From NCBI GenBank assembly GCA_041686025.1, contig JAWLEP010000060.1, positions 1 to 11,856 on the forward strand: DNA of 11,856 nt, given 5' to 3'. The translations under genes were made by a program, and so were the position numbers. This document shows, piece after piece, positions 5,775 through 11,856 of the stretch. Within the stretch, counting starts at the first letter, position 1; every line of letters starts with the position of its first letter. The notes under the pieces were generated by a model that saw only the letters and a program-made list of their open reading frames with translations, was not told the DNA's origin and searched no databases. The stretch is from Candidatus Fermentibacteraceae bacterium. Lineage in GTDB: Bacteria > Fermentibacterota > Fermentibacteria > Fermentibacterales > JCC-6.

Positions 5775-7244
5775 ATGGCCAGCAGTGAAACGGTTATGGA
5801 CATCAGGTGCCGATTCACCTGGAGAACGGTCCTGTCTGTCGTTCTCTTCCTGGTACTCACCTGGTTAATGCGGTCCCTGCTCAGCCCTGCGCAGCGACTC
5901 GCATTGCTCGGATTCACCCTGGCTGCTGTCGCCTTCCTGGTCTTTCCCCGACCAATATCATGGCTCTACGTCCTTCCCTTTGCCTTCTTCGTTCTGGGGT
6001 GGCGGGTCTTCCACATAGGCGAGTTCTACCCCACCAGCGCTTCCCTGACCATGCTCTTCTTCACCATCTTCTACCTGCTGGACCGGATCGTCTGGAACGA
6101 CAGGCTGTTCGTGCCCTCGAAGATGCTTCTGCTGGTCGGCCTCGCGATTGTGGTGCAGGCGGTGAGCCTGGCGGTTTCCATCCATCTCCACGGGCAGTAC
6201 CCTCTCAATGCTCTCAGGGATGCCAGCAGCGTCTACCAGTTCTCGCCCCTGCTGGTCATCCTTCCGGTTCTCCTCAGCCGGCCCGACAGGATGGAGAGCT
6301 TTCTGCGCGTTCTGGTCTTTGTGGTACTCCTGGTGGCGCTGTCCGGCATAATGGAGTACAACGCCATAGGCAGCTTCGAGAGAACGGACATGGGAATCGG
6401 CTACGTATACAAGGGGCGGGTCAGCGGTTTCTTCAGGCACGCGAACGTGCTGGCCGCCTTCCTGGAGCTGGGGGTCCCCCTGTCCCTGGCCCTGTTCTTC
6501 CGCGAGAAGAAGATCGGCTGGAAGCTGCTCTCCCTGGCGGCGGTGCTCCTGGGCACGCTGAGCATACTCTACACCTTCTCCAGGGGCGGGCTGCTGTTCC
6601 TCTTCATCGGCCTCTCCATTACGCTCTTCTGGCGCTTCCGCAGGAAGCTGCTGATTCCCGTTCTGCTGCTGGTCCTGTTCGTGCTGGTGCTGCTGGCCAC
6701 CAGCGATGTGTTCGAGCGGCAGATGGGCTTCTTCACCGATCCCATGGGCTCCCTTACCGAGCCCACCATTCTGCACAGGTTCATCACCTACCGGGGCTTC
6801 ATCCACCAGATAATGGAATCCCCCGTCACCGGGGTGGGCTGGGGTGCCAGGGAGTTCTTCTGGGGCAGGACCATGATCTACAGCTTCTGGGAGGCCCGCC
6901 ACGCCGTGAGCCACAAGACAATAAAGATTTTCGGCGGTCTCAACAGCATGTTCCTCAACCAGGCCGTGAAGGGCGGCATCATCTCCCTCACCGCCATCTT
7001 CCTGGTGATCACCGCCATCATCGTGGGAACGGTGAAGGCCATGAGAAGGGGGCATGGCATAATCGTGATCGGACTTGCCGCGGGTCTGGTGGGGTTCTAC
7101 GGCCATCAAGTGGTGGGGAACCAGATCCAGTGGCAGATGGCCAATGCCGCCTACTGGCTCAATATCGGTCTGCTGGCCGCCTTCGGGGCCATGCGCGCTC
7201 CCCCGGATACGGAGGGCTCCTCCCCTGATGGGGCGGGCGGATGA
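5775..7244 (+). CDS. O-antigen ligase / Wzy_C family polytopic membrane protein (about 489 aa)
   Basis: Many hydrophobic helices. Family-like motifs: RVSGFFRHANVLAAFL, TFSRGG, ILHRF, PVTGVGWG, NSMFLNQAVKGG. Start placed at ATG 5775 (GGGAG upstream); 5796 and 5676 are alternatives. Confidence 0.85.
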   Translation: MASSETVMDIRCRFTWRTVLSVVLFLVLTWLMRSLLSPAQRLALLGFTLAAVAFLVFPRPISWLYVLPFAFFVLGWRVFHIGEFYPTSASLTMLFFTIFYLLDRIVWNDRLFVPSKMLLLVGLAIVVQAVSLAVSIHLHGQYPLNALRDASSVYQFSPLLVILPVLLSRPDRMESFLRVLVFVVLLVALSGIMEYNAIGSFERTDMGIGYVYKGRVSGFFRHANVLAAFLELGVPLSLALFFREKKIGWKLLSLAAVLLGTLSILYTFSRGGLLFLFIGLSITLFWRFRRKLLIPVLLLVLFVLVLLATSDVFERQMGFFTDPMGSLTEPTILHRFITYRGFIHQIMESPVTGVGWGAREFFWGRTMIYSFWEARHAVSHKTIKIFGGLNSMFLNQAVKGGIISLTAIFLVITAIIVGTVKAMRRGHGIIVIGLAAGLVGFYGHQVVGNQIQWQMANAAYWLNIGLLAAFGAMRAPPDTEGSSPDGAGG

Positions 7245-8059
7245 TCCCGCCGGACTCGTTCGCCATCATCATAGGAGCTATGAAGAGCGGGACCACCACG
7301 CTCTACGCCCATCTGGCCAGGCATCCCCGGATCTGTCCCTGTGCGGTGAAGGAGCCGGACTTCTTCTCCCGGCACCAGGAACACGCTGCGGAGGGAGTGG
7401 AGCGGTACGAGGACCTGTGGGATTTCGACCCCTCCAGGCACAGGTGGGCGCTGGAGGCCTCCACCGGCTACACGAAGTACCCGCTGGAGCCGGGCGTACC
7501 GGAGCGTATGGACGCCTACGGGATCAGGCCGCGGCTGATCTACATCATGCGCGACCCCTTCGAGAGGATCGAGTCGCACCACCATTCCATGCGTCACTCT
7601 CCCCGGCTGCGCAGGAGGATGCTGGACGACCACCACATCGCCGTCAGCGACTACTGGATGCAGCTGGACAGATACCGGAGGGTCTGGCCGGACGCGGAGA
7701 TGCTGCTGCTGGACTTCGCCCGGCTGCGCGAGGACCCGGCGGCCGTTGTGCGCCGGGCCCTGGCCTTTCTCGACCTGACTCCCGAAGGGATTCCCATAGA
7801 GGACCTTCACGAGAATCCCACCCGGGCCAGGCCCTTCCTGCTGCGCTGGTATGCCCGCCTCATGTCCGGAAGCCGGATGAGAAATCCATTTCCGGCGGCT
7901 GTGAAGGCGCGGGTGAGGAAGCTGGTGGGGAACCTGTGTCCCGGAGGCAGGCGCAGCCTGTCCCGCCGGCAGAGGAAGGTGGTACACCGCAGGCTGGCCC
8001 CGGGGATGCGGAAGCTGCGGGACGAGTTTGGGTTCGACGTGAGCGGATGGGGATTCTAG
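7241..8059 (+). CDS. PAPS-dependent sulfotransferase (272 aa)
   Basis: 5'-PSB loop IIGAMKSGTTTL, LARHP, KEPDFF, EASTGY, and 3'-PB motif IYIMRDPFERIES. ATGA overlap with the stop of the ligase gene implies translational coupling. Confidence 0.93.
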   Translation: MIPPDSFAIIIGAMKSGTTTLYAHLARHPRICPCAVKEPDFFSRHQEHAAEGVERYEDLWDFDPSRHRWALEASTGYTKYPLEPGVPERMDAYGIRPRLIYIMRDPFERIESHHHSMRHSPRLRRRMLDDHHIAVSDYWMQLDRYRRVWPDAEMLLLDFARLREDPAAVVRRALAFLDLTPEGIPIEDLHENPTRARPFLLRWYARLMSGSRMRNPFPAAVKARVRKLVGNLCPGGRRSLSRRQRKVVHRRLAPGMRKLRDEFGFDVSGWGF

Positions 8060-8104
8060 CGGAAACCGCAAGCGCACGGAGTCACCGAGCAAGGAAAGGC
8101 AGCG

Positions 8105-10036
8105 ATGGCAGACAACGGTGAGAGACTGGTTCCGAGAGAGCTCTACTTCGGCAACCCGGAGAGGACGCAGCTGCGGATAAGTCCCGACGGGGAACGGATA
8201 GCGTACCTGGCCCCCAGAGACGGCGTTATGAACCTCTGGGTGGCCGGTGCGGACCGGCTCTCCGACGCCCGTCCGGTGACCTCGGACACCCACCGGGGAA
8301 TAAGATGGTTCGACTGGACCTACTCCCCCGGCAGGCTGGTCTACATGCGCGACAGCGACGGGGACGAGAACTGGCACGTCTACCTTGCGGACGTGGAGGA
8401 GGGCACCGAGAGGGACCTCACCCCTCTGGATGGGGTGAGCGCCCGGCCCATGGGACACAGCCACAGGCACCCGGACCGCATCCTGGTGGGGCTCAACAGC
8501 AGGGACCCCCGGCTCCACGACGTCTACTCGGTGCACCTGGGCTCCGGCCGCCGGGAGCTGGTGCTGGAGAACGAGGGCTTCGCGGGATTCGTCTCCGACC
8601 AGGACCTGCAGGTGCGACTGGGGGTCCGTTTCACTTCCCGGGGCGGGCTGCAGTGCATGCTGAGAGACGGCGACGTCTGGGAGGAGCTCTACAGCGTGGG
8701 CCCGGAGGACGCCACCACCTCCAGCCCCCTGACCCTGGACTCGGAGGGAGTGCTGTGGACCAGCTGGTCGGAGGGCCGTGACACCGCCGCCCTGCGGTCC
8801 GTGGACCTGCGGACCGGTAAGACGGAGATCCACGCCTCCCACCCCAGGGCCGATCTCACCTCCCGTCTCATCCTGCATCCCCGCACGGAGCGGCCCCAGG
8901 CCGCCCCGTTCGAGTACAGGAGGCTGGAGTACGTCGTCCTCGACGGGGACATCGCCGACGACCTGGAGTACCTGCAGGACCTGGACAGGGGAGAGGTGGC
9001 GGTTACCTCCAGGTCGCTGGACGACCGGGTCTGGGTGGTGGCCTTCCGCCCGGACGACGGGTCCGTGGCGTACTACCTCTACCGCAGGGAGTCCCGCCGC
9101 GCCGAGCTTCTCTGCCGCTCCCGGCCCGAGCTGGAGGAGGTGGAGCTCTCCCGGATGCATCCGGTGGAGATAGAGGCCGCCGACGGAATGAGCCTGGTGG
9201 CCTACTACACGCTTCCCCCTGCCCTGGACAGCCCGGAGGGCAAGGCGCCGGACTCGCCGCTGCCCATGGTCCTCTACGTCCACGGCGGCCCCTGGGCCCG
9301 GGACAGGTGGGGATACCACCCGGTGCACCAGTGGCTGGCCAACCGGGGCTACTTCGTCCTCAGCGTCAACTTCCGCGGCTCGACGGGTCTGGGCAAGGGC
9401 TACATCAACGCCGGCAACGGGCAGTGGGCGGCGGACATGCACCGCGACCTGCTGGACGCCGTGCGGTGGGCGGCGGAGAACGGGTTCGCCCATCGGGAGC
9501 GGGTGGCCATCATGGGCGGCAGCTACGGCGGCTACGCCACCCTGGTGGGGCTGACGTTCACCCCCGAGGAGTTCGCCTGCGGCGTGGACATAGTGGGCCC
9601 CTCCAACCTGGTGACCCTGCTTCAGAACGTTCCCCCCTACTGGATGCCCATGATGCCCATGATGGAGCACAGGGTGGGGGCCCTGCCCGGCAGCGAGGAG
9701 GGCAGGAGCTACCTGATGGAGCGGTCTCCCATCACCAGGGCGGACAGGATCGTCAGGCCCCTCCTCATTGGACAGGGAGCCAACGACCCCAGGGTTACGC
9801 AGGCGGAGGCGGACCAGATAGTCAGCGCCATGAGGGAGAAGGACCTTCCGGTGACCTACCTGCTCTATCCCGACGAGGGCCACGGCTTTCAGAGGCCGGA
9901 GAACAGGCTCTCCTTCTTCGCCGTGGCCGAGCAGTTCCTGGCCGAGCACATAGGGGGAAGCTGCCAGCCTCTGGGAGACTCCTTCCGGGGCAGCTCCGTG
10001 GAGGTGGTGGACGACGGCGGGCTGCCGGGACTGTAG
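8105..10036 (+). CDS. S9 family peptidase (acylaminoacyl/dipeptidyl aminopeptidase-like, prolyl oligopeptidase family), 643 aa
   Basis: N-terminal beta-propeller-like region (ISPDGERIAYL), VHGGPW, nucleophile GGSYGG, catalytic Asp in ANDPRV and His in DEGHG. SD-like AAGGAAAGG upstream. No evident signal peptide. Confidence 0.95.
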   Translation: MADNGERLVPRELYFGNPERTQLRISPDGERIAYLAPRDGVMNLWVAGADRLSDARPVTSDTHRGIRWFDWTYSPGRLVYMRDSDGDENWHVYLADVEEGTERDLTPLDGVSARPMGHSHRHPDRILVGLNSRDPRLHDVYSVHLGSGRRELVLENEGFAGFVSDQDLQVRLGVRFTSRGGLQCMLRDGDVWEELYSVGPEDATTSSPLTLDSEGVLWTSWSEGRDTAALRSVDLRTGKTEIHASHPRADLTSRLILHPRTERPQAAPFEYRRLEYVVLDGDIADDLEYLQDLDRGEVAVTSRSLDDRVWVVAFRPDDGSVAYYLYRRESRRAELLCRSRPELEEVELSRMHPVEIEAADGMSLVAYYTLPPALDSPEGKAPDSPLPMVLYVHGGPWARDRWGYHPVHQWLANRGYFVLSVNFRGSTGLGKGYINAGNGQWAADMHRDLLDAVRWAAENGFAHRERVAIMGGSYGGYATLVGLTFTPEEFACGVDIVGPSNLVTLLQNVPPYWMPMMPMMEHRVGALPGSEEGRSYLMERSPITRADRIVRPLLIGQGANDPRVTQAEADQIVSAMREKDLPVTYLLYPDEGHGFQRPENRLSFFAVAEQFLAEHIGGSCQPLGDSFRGSSVEVVDDGGLPGL

Positions 10037-10060
10037 TCCCCTGCCCGAAGGGACAACCGA

Positions 10061-11293
10061 TTGGATGACGCAATGGAGATAACAAGGGAGCTGCTTCGCC
10101 GGCTGCCCAAGTCCGACCTGCACCTGCACCTCGACGGTTCGGTGAGGCTCCGGACGCTCATCGAGCTGGCGACGGAGAGGGACATCCACCTTCCCTCCCA
10201 GACCGTGGAGGGCCTGCGGGAGACGGTATTCAAGAACAGCTACGAGAGCCTGGAGGACTACCTCACCGGCTTCGCCTACACCTGTGCGGTGATGGGGGAC
10301 GCCGAGAGCCTGGAGAGGATAGCCTGCGAGCTGGCGCTGGACAATCTGGAGGAGGGGGTGCGCTACATCGAGGTGCGCTTCGCCCCTCAGCTCCATGCAG
10401 GCGGCGGGCTGGACCTCCCGGAGATATTCACCGCCGTGAACCGGGGCCTGGCCCGGGCCAGGAGCGAGTTCAACGGCACAGAGGCGGTCCTGTCCGGAGA
10501 GGAGCCCCGGTTCGAGTACGGGATCATCGCCTGCTCCATGAGGTTCTTCGCCTCCGGTTTCTCCCGGTACTTCGACCGCTTCATGAAAGCCCACACGTAC
10601 ACCAACCTCGATACGGTCTTCGGTCTGGCCTCCCTGGAGCTGGTGGGGGCGGCGCTGGACGCCAGGGACCGGCTGGGAATCCCGGTGGTGGGAGTGGACC
10701 TGGCCGGCGCGGAGGCAGGATATCCCCCCGCGCACCACCGGGAGGCCTACCTGAAGGCCCACCGGGGCTTCATGAAGAAGACGGTGCACGCCGGAGAGGC
10801 CTACGGGCCGGAAAGCATATTCCAGGCCATAACCGAGCTCAACGCAGACCGCATAGGTCACGGGACCTCACTCTTCAACGCCGGAGCCGTGTCCGACCCC
10901 TCCATCGATGACCCCGAGCGGTTCGTGGAGGACCTGGCCCAGTACATCGCCGACCGGCGGATCACACTGGAGGTCTGCCTGACCTCCAACATGCAGACCA
11001 CCCCCAGCATCGGCCGGCTGGAGAACCACCCCCTGGGGAAGATGATTGACCACAGGCTCTCGGTGGCCATCTGCACCGACAACCGCACCGTCTCCCACAC
11101 CACCGTCACCGACGAGCTGCACAAGGTGGTGCGCAACTTCGACGTCCCGCTCCCCCTGCTGAAGAACCTGGTGGTCTACGGGTTCAAGCGCAGCTTCTTC
11201 CCCGGCCCCTACCAGGAGAAGCGGCGATACGTCCGTCAGTGCATGGAGCGTTTCGAGCGGGTGGTGGCGGAGGCGGGTGGCGAAGAGGAATGA
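10061..11293 (+). CDS. add: Adenosine deaminase family protein
   Basis: LPKSDLHLHLDGS (HxH), YIEVRFAP, GVDLAG, TVHAGEA, RIGHG, LEVCLTSN, CTDN. The start could be TTG 10061 or ATG 10073. Substrate not verified. Confidence 0.9.
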   Translation: MDDAMEITRELLRRLPKSDLHLHLDGSVRLRTLIELATERDIHLPSQTVEGLRETVFKNSYESLEDYLTGFAYTCAVMGDAESLERIACELALDNLEEGVRYIEVRFAPQLHAGGGLDLPEIFTAVNRGLARARSEFNGTEAVLSGEEPRFEYGIIACSMRFFASGFSRYFDRFMKAHTYTNLDTVFGLASLELVGAALDARDRLGIPVVGVDLAGAEAGYPPAHHREAYLKAHRGFMKKTVHAGEAYGPESIFQAITELNADRIGHGTSLFNAGAVSDPSIDDPERFVEDLAQYIADRRITLEVCLTSNMQTTPSIGRLENHPLGKMIDHRLSVAICTDNRTVSHTTVTDELHKVVRNFDVPLPLLKNLVVYGFKRSFFPGPYQEKRRYVRQCMERFERVVAEAGGEEE

Positions 11294-11340
11294 TCTGCCT
11301 TAGAGTATAAACTGTGAGTAGTAGAGAGCACCGCAGGGGT

Positions 11341-11371
11341 TCAAACAACCAACAAACCATATAAGGAGGAG
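11341..11371 (+). promoter_or_regulatory. A/C-rich unstructured leader plus strong SD
   Basis: CAAACAACCAACAAACCATAT directly followed by AAGGAGGAG, upstream of ATG 11375. Confidence 0.5.
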
Positions 11372-11374
11372 CAT

Positions 11375-11794
11375 ATGGGTATAATCGGTGGACTCTGGCT
11401 GGTGGTCCTGGGTATTCTGGCCATACCCAGCCTCATCATCTCCAAGAGGCCGGACGCCAAGGATCTGATCGACAAGATAACGCCATATCAGGGCTGGATC
11501 GGCGCCATATCGGCCCTGTGGGGAGTATGGTCGGTGATCTCCAGCCTGCTCAACCTTGGATGGCTGGGGGACTACCCCATCTACTGGATCACCTATCTGG
11601 CCAACGCGCTCCTGCTGCTGGCCCTGGGCATACTGCTGGGCGTGGGAGTCCTCAGGACCTTCACCAGCAACGAACAGGCACTGGCCAAGTTGGACGAGAC
11701 CGTCAAGAAGCTAGCTCCCTACCAGGGCAACCTGGGTATCGCCGCCATTATCGTCGGTATATGGATGATCATCTCCAACTTCATCTTTCTCTAG
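11375..11794 (+). CDS. Hypothetical small membrane protein (139 aa, about 4 TM) with internal duplication
   Basis: Strong SD, coding-like codon usage and four hydrophobic segments. Two copies of the motif KxxPYQGxxGxxxxxxGxWxxIS. Confidence 0.88.
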   Translation: MGIIGGLWLVVLGILAIPSLIISKRPDAKDLIDKITPYQGWIGAISALWGVWSVISSLLNLGWLGDYPIYWITYLANALLLLALGILLGVGVLRTFTSNEQALAKLDETVKKLAPYQGNLGIAAIIVGIWMIISNFIFL

Positions 11795-11813
11795 GGACAC
11801 CGACGTACGGAGA

Positions 11814-11840
11814 AGGGGCCCCCCCCCCGCGGGGGCCCCT
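11814..11840 (+). terminator. GC-rich stem-loop after the last gene (possible terminator or stabiliser)
   Basis: AGGGGCCCCC (11814-11823) pairs with GGGGGCCCCT (11831-11840), a 10-bp stem with a 7-nt loop, about 20 nt after the stop. There is no clear U-tract on the plus strand. Confidence 0.5.
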
Positions 11841-11856
11841 GTCCAGTGGAGCCGCG

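Noticed and set aside
7151..10861. 1236-aa minus-strand ORF, and other long antisense ORFs (1856..3082, 3259..5058, 5958..7109)
   Set aside because: These are shadow ORFs of high-GC genes in codon register with the real plus-strand CDSs. The 1236-aa one is long because the sulfotransferase, peptidase and deaminase genes share one frame. No recognisable motifs.
7241..11293. Sulfotransferase, peptidase and deaminase are in one frame separated only by single TAG codons, suggesting amber readthrough or recoding
   Set aside because: Each protein is complete with its own start signals. TAG is clearly a stop elsewhere, for example right after the CTD at 5608-5610. Two in-frame junctions are expected by chance fairly often.
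11819..11828. Poly-C10 tract as a phase-variation site
   Set aside because: It lies in a hairpin downstream of a stop codon, not in a CDS or an identifiable promoter.

Overview
GC-rich bacterial chromosomal window with nine well-supported CDSs and no rRNA, tRNA, CRISPR array or mobile element that I can support. On the minus strand at the left are two tandem DUF5684-like membrane-protein paralogues, the first running off the window edge. Divergently on the plus strand are a UvrD/PcrA/Rep-family helicase; a secreted 751-aa protein with a CE4/NodB-like deacetylase domain and a T9SS-type C-terminal sorting domain (suggesting an FCB-superphylum host); an O-antigen-ligase-family membrane protein coupled to a PAPS-dependent sulfotransferase; an S9 peptidase; an adenosine-deaminase-family enzyme; and a small internally duplicated membrane protein followed by a GC hairpin. 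The most interesting observations are (i) a possible deacetylase + ligase/polymerase + sulfotransferase module for a sulfated surface glycan, resembling a split N-deacetylase/N-sulfotransferase; (ii) a 5' leader of the deacetylase gene with an SD/anti-SD hairpin and a competing anti-anti-SD, like an RNA switch; and (iii) apparent loss of the canonical His in the ligase. All functional calls come from motif recognition by eye; no searches were run.
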